Origin: Eledone cirrhosa
Taxonomy: Eukaryota
DNA: 64,000 nucleotides
Direction of reading: 5' to 3'
Assembly (NCBI GenBank): GCA_964016885.1
Contig: OZ024741.1
Coordinates: 412,052,001 to 412,116,000, forward strand
Part shown: in pieces, positions 11,201 to 22,713 of the stretch
Position numbering within the stretch: position 1 is the stretch's first letter
Layout of the letters: every line of letters begins with the position of its first letter
Program-made: the position numbers and the translations under genes
The notes under the pieces: model-generated
The model's input: the letters and a program-made list of their open reading frames with translations, nothing else
What the model was told of the DNA's origin: nothing
The model's database searches: none

Positions 11201-14200
11201 TAATGTGTACCATGGTATTCGGTACCCTAGACTAGCCCTACAATGTGTACCATGGTATTTGGTACCCTAGACTAGCCCTACAATGTGTACCATGGTATTT
11301 GGTACCCTAGACTACCTCTACAATGTGTACCATGGTATTTGGTACCCTAGACTACCTCTACAATGTGTACCATGGTATTTGGTACCCTAGACTAGCCCTA
11401 CAATGTGTACCATGGTATTTGGTACCCTAGACTAGCCCTACAATGTGTACCATGGTATTTGGTACCCTAGACTACCTCTACAATGTGTACCATGGTATTT
11501 GTTACCCTAGACTACCTCTACAATGTGTACCATGGTATTTGGTACCCTAGACTAGCCCTACCATGTGTACCATGGTATTTGTTAACCTAGACTACCTCTA
11601 CAATGTGTACCATGGTATTTGGTACCCTAGACTACCTCTACAATGTGTACCATGGTATTTCGCACCCTAGACTACCTCTACAATGTGTACCATGGTATTT
11701 GGTACCCTAGACTACCTCTACAATGTGTACCATGGTATTTGGCACCCTGGACTACCTCTACAATGTGTACCATGGTATTTGGTACCCTAGACTAACTCTA
11801 CAATGTGTACCATGGTATTTGGTACACTAGACTACCTCTACAATGTGTACCATGGTATTTGGTACCCTAGACTACCTCTACAATGTGTACCATGGTATTT
11901 GGTACCCTAGACTAGCCCTACAATGTGTACCATGGTATTTGGTACCCTAGACTAGCCCTACAATGTGTACCATGGTATTTGGTACCCTAGACTACCTCTA
12001 CAATGTGTACCATGGTATTTGGTACCCTAGACTACCTCTTGTTTACCATGGTATTTGGTACCCTAGACTACCTCTACAATGTGTACCATGGTATTTGGTA
12101 CCCTAGACTACCTCTACAATGTGTACCATGGTATTTGGTACCCTAGACTACCTCTACAATGTGTACCATGGTATTTGGTACCCTAGACTAGCCCTACAAT
12201 GTGTACCATGGTATTTGGTACCCTAGACTACCTCTACAATGTGTACCATGGTATTTGGTACCCTAGACTAGCCCTACAATGTGTACCATGGTATTTGGTA
12301 CCCTAGACTACCTCTACAATGTGTACCATGGTATTTGGTACCCTAGACTAGCCCTACAATGTGTACCATGGTATTTGGCACCCTAGACTAGCCCTACAAT
12401 GTGTACCATGGTATTTGGTACCCTAGACGACCTCTACAATGTGTACCATGGTATTTGGTACCCTAGACTACCTCTACAATGTGTACCATGGTATTTGGTA
12501 CCCTAGACTAGCCTTACAATGTGTACCATGGTATTTGGTACCCTAGACTAGCCCTACGATGTGTACCATGGTATTTGGTACCCTGGACTACCTCTACAAT
12601 GTGTACCATGGTATTTGGTACCCTAGACTAGCCCTACAATGTGTACCATGGTATTTGGTACCCTAGACTACCTCTACAATGTGTACCATGGTATTTGGCA
12701 CCCTAGACTACCTCTACAATGTGTACCATGGTATTTGGTACCCTAGACTAGCCCTACAATGTGTACCATGGTATTTGATACCCTAGACTAGCCCTACAAT
12801 GTGTACCATGGTATTTGGCACCCTAGACTAGCCCTACAATGTGTACCATGGTATTTGGTACCCTAGACTAGCCCTACAATGTGTACCATGGTATTTGGTA
12901 CCCTAGACTAGCCCTACAATGTGTACCATGGTATTTGGTACCCTAGACTAGCCCTATAATGTGTACCATGGTATTCGGTACCCTAGACTAGCCCTACAAT
13001 GTGTACCATGGTATTTGGTACCCTAGACTAGCCCTACAATGTGTACCATGGTATTTGGTACCCTAGACTAGCCCTACAATGTGTACCATGGTATTTGGTA
13101 CCCTAGACTACCTCTACAATGTGTACCATGGTATTTGTTACCCTAGACTACCTCTACAATGTGTACCATGGTATTTGGTACCCTAGACTAGCCCTACCAT
13201 GTGTACCATGGTATTTGTTAACCTAGACTACCTCTACAATGTGTACCATGGTATTTGGTACCCTAGACTACCTCTACAATGTGTACCATGGTATTTCGCA
13301 CCCTAGACTACCTCTACAATGTGTACCATGGTATTTGGTACCCTAGACTACCTCTACAATGTGTACCATGGTATTTGGCACCCTGGACTACCTCTACAAT
13401 GTGTACCATGGTATTTGGTACCCTAGACTAACTCTACAATGTGTACCATGGTATTTGGTACACTAGACTACCTCTACAATGTGTACCATGGTATTTGGTA
13501 CCCTAGACTACCTCTACAATGTGTACCATGGTATTTGGTACCCTAGACTAGCCCTACAATGTGTACCATGGTATTTGGTACCCTAGACTAGCCCTACAAT
13601 GTGTACCATGGTATTTGGTACCCTAGACTACCTCTACAATGTGTACCATGGTATTTGGTACCCTAGACTACCTCTTGTTTACCATGGTATTTGGTACCCT
13701 AGACTACCTCTACAATGTGTACCATGGTATTTGGTACCCTAGACTACCTCTACAATGTGTACCATGGTATTCGGTACCCTAGACTAGCCCTACAATGTGT
13801 ACCATGGTATTTGGTACCCTAGACTAGCCCTACAATGTGTACCATGGTATTTGGTACCCTAGACTAGCCCTACAATGTGTACCATGGTATTTGGTACCCT
13901 AGACTACCTCTACAATGTGTACCATGGTATTTGTTACCCTAGACTACCTCTACAATGTGTACCATGGTATTTGGTACCCTAGACTAGCCCTACCATGTGT
14001 ACCATGGTATTTGTTAACCTAGACTACCTCTACAATGTGTACCATGGTATTTGGTACCCTAGACTACCTCTACAATGTGTACCATGGTATTTCGCACCCT
14101 AGACTACCTCTACAATGTGTACCATGGTATTTGGTACCCTAGACTACCTCTACAATGTGTACCATGGTATTTGGCACCCTGGACTACCTCTACAATGTGT

Positions 14201-17200
14201 ACCATGGTATTTGGTACCCTAGACTAGCCCTACAATGTGTACCATGGTATTTGGTACCCTAGACTAGCCCTACAATGTGTACCAAGGTATTTGGTACCCT
14301 AGACTACCTCTACAATGTGTACCATGGTATTTGGTACCCTAGACTACCTCTTGTTTACCATGGTATTTGGTACCCTAGACTACCTCTACAATGTGTACCA
14401 TGGTATTTGGTACCCTAGACTACCTCTACAATGTGTACCATGGTATTCGGTACCCTAGACTAGCCCTACAATGTGTACCATGGTATTTGGTACCCTAGAC
14501 TACCTCTACAATGTATACCATGTTATTTGGTACCCTAGACTAGCCCTATATTTGTGTACCATGGTATTTGGTACCCTAGACTACCTCTACAATGTGTACC
14601 ATGGTATTTGGTACCCTAGACTAGCCCTATAATGTGTACCATGGTATTTGGTACCCTAGACTAGCCCTACAATGTGTACCATGGTATTTGGTACCCTAGA
14701 CTAGCCCTACAATGTGTACCATGGTATTTGGCACCCTAGACTACCTCTACAATGTGTACCATGGTATTTGGTACCCTAGACTACCTCTACAATGTGTACC
14801 ATGGTATTTGGTACCCTAGACTAGCCCTACAATGTGTACCATGGTATTTGGTACCCTAGACTAACCCTACAATGTGTACCATGGTATTTGGTACCCCAGA
14901 CTAGCCCTACAATGTGTACCATGGTATTTGGTACCCTAGACTAGCCCTACAATGTGTACCATGGTATTTGGTACCCTAGACTAGCCCTACAATGTGTACC
15001 ATGGTATTTGGTACCCTAGACTAGCCCTACAATGTGTACCATGGTATTTGGTACCTTAGACTAGCCCTACAATGTGTACCATGGTATTTGGTACCCTAGA
15101 CTAACCCTACAATGTGTACCATGGTATTTGGTATCCTAGACTACCTCTACAATGTGTACCATGATATTTGGTACCCTAGACTAGCCCTACAATGTGTACC
15201 ATGATATTTGGTACCCTAGACTACCTCTACAATGTGTACCATGGTATTTGTTACCCTAGACTACCTCTACAATGTGTACCATGGTATTTGGTACCCTAGA
15301 CTAGCCCTACCATGTGTACCATGGTATTTGGTACCCTAGACTACCTCTACAATGTGTACCATGGTATTTGGTACCCTAGACTAGCCCTACAATGTGTACT
15401 ATGGTATTTGGTACCCTAGACGACCTCTACAATGTGTACCATGGTATTTGGTACCCTAGACTACCTCTACAATGTGTACCATGGTATTTGGTACCCTAGA
15501 CTAGCCTTACAATGTGTACCATGGTATTTGGTACCCTAGACTACCTCTACAATGTGTACCATGATATTTGGTACCCTAGACTAGCCCTACAATGTGTACC
15601 ATGGTATTTGGTACCCTAGACTACCTCTACAATGTGTACCATGGTATTTGTTACCCTAGACTACCTCTACAATGTGTACCATGGTATTTGGTACCCTAGA
15701 CTAGCCCTACCATGTGTACCATGGTATTTGGTACCCTAGACTACCTCTACAATGTGTACCATGGTATTTGGTACCCTAGACTAGCCCTACAATGTGTACC
15801 ATGGTATTTGGTACCCTAGACGACCTCTACAATGTGTACCATGGTATTTGGTACCCTAGACTACCTCTACAATGTGTACCATGGTATTTGGTACCCTAGA
15901 CTAGCCTTACAATGTGTACCATGGTATTTGGTACCCTAGACTAGCCCTACGATGTGTACCATGGTATTTGGTACCCTGGACTACCTCTACAATGTGTACC
16001 ATGGTATTTGGTACCCTAGACTACCTCTACAATGTGTACCATGGTATTTGGTACCCTAGACTAGCCCTACAATGTGTACCATGGTATTTCGCACCCTAGA
16101 CTACCTCTACAATGTGTACCATGGTATTTGGTACCCTAGACTACCTCTACAATGTGTACCATGGTATTTGGCACCCTGGACTACCTCTACAATGTGTACC
16201 ATGGTATTTGGTACCCTAGACTACCTCTACAATGTGTACCATGTTATTTGGTACCCTAGACTACCTCTACAATGTGTACCATGGTATTTGGTACCCTAGA
16301 CTAGCCCTACAATGTGTACCATGGTATTTGGTACCCTAGACTAGCCCTACAATGTGTACCATGGTATTTGGTACCCTAGACTACCTCTACAATGTGTACC
16401 ATGGTATTTGGTACCCTAGACTACCTCTTGTTTACCATGGTATTTGGTACCCTAGACTACCTCTACAATGTGTACCATGGTATTTGGTACCCTAGACTAC
16501 CTCTACAATGTGTACCATTGTATTTGGTACCCTAGACTAGCCCTACAATGTGTACCATGGTATTTGGTACCCTAGACTAGCCCTACAATGTGTACCATGG
16601 TATTTGGTACCCTAGACTACCTCTACAATGTGTACCATGGTATTTGGTACCCTAGACTAGCCCTACAATGTGTACCATGGTATTTGGTACCCTAGACTAC
16701 CTCTATGTGTACCATGGTATTTGGTACCCTAGACTAGCCCTACAATGTGTACCATGGTATTTGGTACCCTAGACTAGCCCTACAATGTGTACCATGGTAT
16801 TTGGTACCCTAGACTACCTCTACAATGTGTACCATGGTATTTGGTACCCTAGACTAGCCCTACAATGTGTACCATGGTATTTGGTACCCTAGACTACCTC
16901 TACAATGTGTACCATGGTATTTGGTACCCTAGACTAGCCCTACAATGTGTACCATGGTATTTGGTACCCTAGACGACCTCTACAATGTGTACCATGATAT
17001 TTGGTACCCTAGACGACCTCTACAATGTGTACCATGATATTTGGTACCCTAGACTACCTCTACAATGTGTACCATGGTATTTGGCACCCTAGACTACCTC
17101 TACAATGTGTACCATGGTATTTGGTACCCTAGACTAGCCCTACAATGTGTACCATGGTATTCGGTACCCTAGACTACCTCTACAATGTGTACCATGGTAT

Positions 17201-17336
17201 TTGGTACCCTAGACTACCTCTACAATGTGTACCATGGTATTTGGTACCCTAGACTACCTCTACAATGTGTACCATGGTATTTGGTACCCTAGACTAGCCC
17301 TACAATGTGTACCATGGTATTTGGTACCCTAGACTA
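5221..17336. repeat. 40-bp tandem satellite, about 300 copies; consensus TGGTATTTGGTACCCTAGACTA(GCC/CCT)CTACAATGTGTACCA
   Basis: Strict 40-bp period with very high monomer identity, two main monomer types, and rare 36-bp monomers lacking ACAA. Confidence 0.98.
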
Positions 17337-17407
17337 ATATATATATATAAATACATATATATTGACTCTTCCCCGCCCATCTTATCACAGGACCTATATC
17401 TGGCCAA

Positions 17408-17521
17408 TGCCCACCACTATCACCAACACCACCACCAATAACACCAGCAGCAGCAGCAGCAGTAGCAGCAGCAGCAGTACCACCACCACCACTGTGTGTG
17501 AGTGGTAGTGGTGGTGGTGGG
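17408..17521. repeat. (CAC)n/(CAG)n/(GTG)n trinucleotide tracts
   Basis: Read directly from the sequence. Confidence 0.85.
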
Positions 17522-17536
17522 TCTCTCTCTTTCCCA

Positions 17537-17726
17537 GAGGTGGGTGTTCTGAAAGTACAGTAACCAGGGTAAAAACAGGATGAAAGAAGTTCAGGGAACT
17601 ACTGCCACTGCTAGCTGCAAAAGGCTTTTCCCTCAAAAAGACAGACTGTATGATGCATGCATCCAAACAACAATGTTACATGGTAGTCAGACCTGGTCGT
17701 TGTCTGTAGAAGACTTGAGTAGATTG
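17537..17726 (+). pseudogene. RTE RT thumb-region fragment
   Basis: Translates as GGCSESTVTRVKTG*KKFRELLPLLAAKGFSL..RLYDACIQTTMLHGSQTWSLSVEDLSRL, homologous to the element at 39463-40749. Confidence 0.85.
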
Positions 17727-18182
17727 ATTTCTACAGCTGGATGCCCTTCCTAACACCAACCTCATTTACAGTGAGTGCTGGGTGCTTTTTTACCGTGGCG
17801 CCTACACGACCACTGGGGCATATTGTCTATATGATTCAATTTCGGCTTGTAGCCATGGGAAGTCGGATTTTCTGTATTACTACGTGACGCCAGAGGTCAC
17901 GGTCGTGTGTCATCGCCTTTGAGAGGTGCAATTGAGCCACCTCAGCTTTTATCATCTCATCCCAAGTCTTCTTGGGTCCCCCCACCCTACAGTTTCCATC
18001 GACTTCTAGTGCTCTGCATCTTTTTATGCAGCTGTCTTCCTTCATACGCATCACATGTCCATACCAATGCAACCTCCTCTCCTGCACACAGCATTTGATT
18101 CCTCTTATGCTCAGTCTCTCTCTCAATTCTTTTATGCTTTGCCATTCGTGTATATTACTATTACACATCCATCGGAACATGC
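17724..18182 (-). mobile_element. RTE C-terminal coding region plus 3' UTR, inverted relative to the adjacent fragment
   Basis: MFRWMC..ERRLHWYGHVMRM..PKKTW..DRDLWR, followed by a UTR containing gttggtgttaggaagggcatccagctgtagaaa that is shared with 19830, 25110 and 28800. Confidence 0.85.
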
Positions 18183-18495
18183 GGTCCCTAGGGCAAAAAA
18201 TAAGAAAATCTTTTTTGCTCAAAATACTTTAAACGACATAAGTAATGCAAATTTTGAAGAAATCGCCTGGATTATTGTTCCGTTATGCCTAAAAAAAAAG
18301 CCGTTAAAGCCTAAAATATGCGGTTTTTAGCCTAATGCGGTCCCTCGGGCATTGAAAATTTGAAATATTTTTTTGCTCAAAACACTTACAAAACCATAAG
18401 TTTTACATGTGTAAAGTTTGGAAAAAAATCGGTTGGGGGCGGGGGGGTTCTCGAGTTTTAGGGGTACAGACAGACAGTTGATATTTTATATTGAG
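18178..18495 (+). mobile_element. Possible Helentron/HINE-like non-autonomous fragment with a short internal direct repeat
   Basis: atgcggtccct(a/c)gggca...ttttttgctcaaaa occurs at about 18179 and 18335. The end aaatcggtt..gttctcgagtttt..acagacagacag..ttttatat resembles DINE/HINE termini (from memory). Confidence 0.35.
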
Positions 18496-18600
18496 CTACT
18501 TGTCTTACTGCTAATTGGATAATATATAATATTACCCTTATTTTATATATATTCCTATATATAATTAATATAATAATAATAATAATAATAATTATTATTA

Positions 18601-18634
<34 letters not shown>

Positions 18635-18973
18635 TTGCGAGGTTTTTGATATGAAATCGTATGTCGAAACAAATATTGTTATACTTGAAGAGGGTCATAT
18701 TGTTGTAATAATATTGCCAGAAATAATAACAGAACACACTAACTGTTTGGTTGGTTTTCGCTTTTGTATCTTTTATATCTCCACAGTTAATTCATTTGGT
18801 ACTCAATGTTTATCATTGACTGACCAACGGTCAAAAATACAGTGGATCTGCTAATTAGCAGATCTGACTGATCAGCCAGTCTGCTAATATGCAAATCCGG
18901 CCGATCAGTCACTGTATATTTTTGAAAATAGCATATATTTTCACTAGCTTTGACAGTTTGGCAGGTGATCAGT

Positions 18974-19023
18974 GACCTGTACTGATGAAGGGAGATACTC
19001 AGAAACATTCGCGTCTGCAGTTC
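18974..19023 (+). ncRNA. Type I minimal hammerhead ribozyme candidate
   Basis: gacCUGUA-CUGAUGA-agg-GAG-aua-CUC-a-GAAAC-auucgc-GUC-UGCAGuuc: canonical core, stem I CUGUA/UGCAG, short stem II, 2-bp stem III, GUC cleavage site. Confidence 0.6.
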
Positions 19024-19182
19024 TGTTCGCAAGAATGAAGTGTTCATTCTACTGACATGGCTATAAAATTGAGGCTTGTTTGCAAAATTGCAAACGAATC
19101 GAATGTTATTATTAATATTCGAAAATCTCAGATTACATTTATTGTATTCAGCCATGTAGAGCGAAATTTTCTTATTTATTTA

Positions 19183-19207
<25 letters not shown>

Positions 19208-19213
<6 letters not shown>

Positions 19214-19530
19214 GTATACGTACATACATATATGTATACAGACGTACAGTAGTATGTATATATATACATACATGTACACATATATATATGCACGTATGGG
19301 TTTACCAAACATTTATTATAATGCTCGGTTTGTTTGTTTGTAAACAAACAAACAGCCCGAATTACGCCGTACAGGTGACGTGGTTGCCTAAACACTCTAC
19401 AAACAAACAAACCGAGCATTATAATAAATGTTCGGTAAACCGATACGTGCATATATATATGTGTACATGTATGTATATATATACATACGACTGTACGTCT
19501 GTATACATATATGTATGTACGTATACATAC
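19208..19530. repeat. Foldback with arms of about 135 bp and a spacer of about 55 nt
   Basis: ..cagacgtacagt..ataatgctcggtttgtttgtttgta pairs with tacaaacaaacaaaccgagcattat..actgtacgtctg.. Confidence 0.92.
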
Positions 19531-19627
19531 ATACATACTTACATATATATATATATATGTATATATGTTTACATATATATATATGTACATATATACATAT
19601 ATACATATTTATACATATATAGATATA

Positions 19628-19700
<73 letters not shown>

Positions 19701-19705
19701 ACATA

Positions 19706-19970
19706 TGAGTGCTTTTTTGCCGTGGCACCTCTACGACCACTTTGCAGTGGGAGGGTGTGTGGGGGCATATTGTCTATATGCTTCAGCTTCGGCTTGTACC
19801 CGTGGGCGGGAGGGGGGGGGGGGGGTCTTATCCAGCTGTAGAAATCAAGCCAGAATCCGTTCCTGTAAGAGCAAGGCATGGTCAGCCGACCGGACACTAG
19901 CCACAACAGGACAACCCGTCTAACCCATGCTAGCGAGGAAGAACGGACGTAAAACGGTGATGATGATGAT
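19706..19970 (+). mobile_element. Short RTE 3'-UTR insertion with inverted 5' part and (GAT)n tail
   Basis: 19706-19810 is antisense UTR (same orientation as 17780-17860). 19830-19970 is sense: atccagctgtagaaatc..aacccatgctagc..ggacgtaaaacggtgatgatgatgat. Confidence 0.75.
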
Positions 19971-20843
19971 ATGTATATATATATATATATATGTATGTAT
20001 ATATATATATAACGGCGATGAATTAGTTTTGCGATAAACTGTAAAACTAGAAACGTAGTCTATAGCATAAGATGTACAGAGGGTACTTGCAGAAACATGA
20101 CAACAACATACATAGGCGAGACAGCTTGTAGCATAGGTGAAAGGATAGACCCTGGGGGGAACTAAAAGGACGAAAAAACGGTTCAGTACTATACGAACAT
20201 GCTAGACAACAACACGACGGTAACATAGACAACATAGAAATTAGAATAATATCTAAACATAGAAATGACCCAGCAGATAGGCAAATCAGAGAGGCCAGTG
20301 AAATAGAACTTAGAAGGCCAAGGCTAAACAGAAAAAATGAATGGAATTACAACACTGACCTAAGAAAAGTATAAATAAATAAATAAATAAATACATACAC
20401 AAACACAATAACAACAAACACATATAAAGACACACTAGTAAACTAAGATAGAATACAATAACCAATACACAGTCACCCAAACACGAACACACGCAAATGC
20501 ATGCGCAGAGAAGACAAAAATACAAAACAAATAAATAAATAAATAAATAAACATACTAAATAAAGATGGCGTAAGCATACAATACAACGGGAGGAAACAT
20601 AATAGCACCACTGACGATGTTGCAGATGTGCAACGAAAGAAATTTGTTAGACTATATATATGTGTTTGTGTCTATATTGTATCTGTATTTTTGACCATTG
20701 GTCAGTCAATGGTAACATTGAGGACCGAATAAATTAAATTAACCGATATAAAAGACACAGAAGCGAAAACCAACCAAACAGTGAGTGTGTTCTGTTATTA
20801 ATTCTGGCAATATTATTACACAAGTATGACCCTCCCCAAGTAT

Positions 20844-20918
<75 letters not shown>

Positions 20919-20920
<2 letters not shown>

Positions 20921-22025
20921 GTCAGTCAAAGGCCTTCCTAAAGTCAATGGTAACATTTAGGAAGGCCTTTGATTCTGTGGACCGTTACTGCCTGATGAAG
21001 ATCTTACAGGCTTATGGAATCGCCAAGAAGATAGTGGACCTGATATCACTGCTCTACACCAACACCAAAGCCCAAGTCATTACACCTGATGGGATGACAG
21101 AGTTCTTTGAGATACTGGCTGGAGTGCTCCAGGGAGATACATTGGCTCCCTACCTTTTTATCATCGTAGTGGACTATTGTATGCACCTTGCACTGGCTTT
21201 ACTGTAGCACCGGCTCAGAGCAGGAGAGTTAGGGCGAAAAAGGTATCGGATGCTGAATTTGCCGACGACATAATTTTGGTGACAAATACAGTGAAGGAGG
21301 CAGAGGATTTGATGCGGGGGGTTGAGACTGTGTCGATGAGTGTGGGCTGAGAATGAATGAGACTAAAACAAAATATCTGGTAGAGAATGTTGAGAAGCCA
21401 GAGGGGATAACTAATGTAGGCGGGAAGCCGCTGGAATTGGTTGAGGACTTCCTGTATTTGGGAGCAAAGATTGGGAATACGGAGGATGATGTGGTTGAGA
21501 GGAAGAGCAAGGCCTGGGCGGCGTGCCACAGCTTGAGATCGGTGTGGAAGTCGGACCTTCGTAGAGACCTGAAAATCCGCCTCTTCGTTGCTGTAGTGGA
21601 GTCTGTGCTGCTGTATGGGTATGAGACTTGGACACTGACCAAGAAACTCACTCAGATGGTGGATGGGTGCTACACGAGAATGCTGAGGATGGCTCTGAAC
21701 ATTAATCAGTATACACTGAGGATGAAAAACTCAGAGCTGTAAGGGAGCATCCCAAAAGTCAGCTCAAAAGTGACACAGAGGAGACTGAGGTTAGCTGGAC
21801 ATGCTCACCGACATCCAGAGTTGACATTGCACTCAGTACTCCTTTGGGAGCCCCTACATGGACACACTAGAAGAGGAAGACCAAGGTTAACGTATGTTGA
21901 TGCCCTAAGGACAGACACTGGTCTGTTGGAGATGCAGGACATGGCAGCGATAATGAGGGACAGAGACCGCTGGAGAGAACTCGTCCATGGATCTCGGGAA
22001 TTTTACCCGCCTTAGATAGATAGAT
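20919..22025 (+). pseudogene. 5'-truncated, decayed LINE RT (RTE/RTE-X-like) with (TAGA)n tail
   Basis: FRKAFDS, GVLQGDTLAPYLFIIVVDY, EFADDI, FLYLG, VLLYGYETW, RRLRLAGH, DRDRWR..REFYPP*. Several stops and a deletion. Ends ttagatagatagat. Confidence 0.9.
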
Positions 22026-22054
22026 ATATAATGTATAATAAACAATACAATATA

Positions 22055-22132
22055 ATTACCTCATTACCAGAGGTTTCTCGAATAAGACGAATACGAAAGA
22101 AACGTCCTCATTCGTTCGTCGGACAAGGCAAT
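22055..22132 (-). ncRNA. Hammerhead-like ribozyme with U4C core in the PLE 3' terminus (second copy at 24164-24241, + strand)
   Basis: AUUGCCUUGU-CCGACGA-A-CGAAUGAGGACG-loop-CGUCUUAUUCG-A-GAAACC-UCU-GGUA-AUGAGGUAAU: 10-bp stem I (with G-U pairs), 11-bp bulged stem II, 3-bp stem III, GUA site. Confidence 0.6.
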
Positions 22133-22625
22133 ATAAAACATAGTGAAATATTTGGAAAGTCTCCTCAAGAAATGCAATATATATATATATATATAAATAA
22201 AGGTAATGTAATAGACATATAAAATATATAAAAAAATATAAAGAAATATAGTTAGGTGTGTGTATATGTATGTATATACACTCACAAATGTACATATGTA
22301 TGTATGTACAAATACGTGTGTATGGTGAAAATGTGTGCGTAAGTACATATATGAGGTCAAGTATATTTGTGTATATGTAACCACAAATACGGATATAATC
22401 TAGTTGACACGAAATCCAGACGCGGGTATTAGATACATATATGATTATGAAAGCACGCGTATAAACACACACACACGTGCGATCACTTATATGCGGAATA
22501 TAAAGAGGGAAGGGAGTGTAATAGTTAAAAGAAAGTGTCATTCTCGATATATGTATAAAAATTAAACAATATGTGAGAAAGAAAAAATATTTAAATGAAA
22601 GAGAAAGTAGTCAATTAACATTAGA

Positions 22626-22713
22626 GAAAAGAAAAGAAAAGAAAAGAAAAGAAAAGAAAAGAAAAGAAAAGAAAAGAAAAGAAAAGAAAAGAAAAGAAAA
22701 GAAAAGAAAAGAA
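22626..22713. repeat. (GAAAA)n pentanucleotide repeat
   Basis: Read directly from the sequence. Confidence 0.95.

Larger units (their letters stand above)
18672..20850. repeat. Diverged inverted repeat pair of about 170 bp (18672-18842 and 20683-20850)
   Basis: atattgttatacttg..gtaataatattgccagaa..ggttggttttcgctt..ggtcaaaaatacag is the reverse complement of 20683-20850 with scattered mismatches. Confidence 0.9.

Noticed and set aside
5221-17336. CRISPR array or repeat-protein gene (ORFs such as MYHGIWYPRL..)
   Set aside because: Head-to-tail monomers with no unique spacers and no cas genes; the short ORFs arise from chance loss of TAG stops in a 40-bp period.
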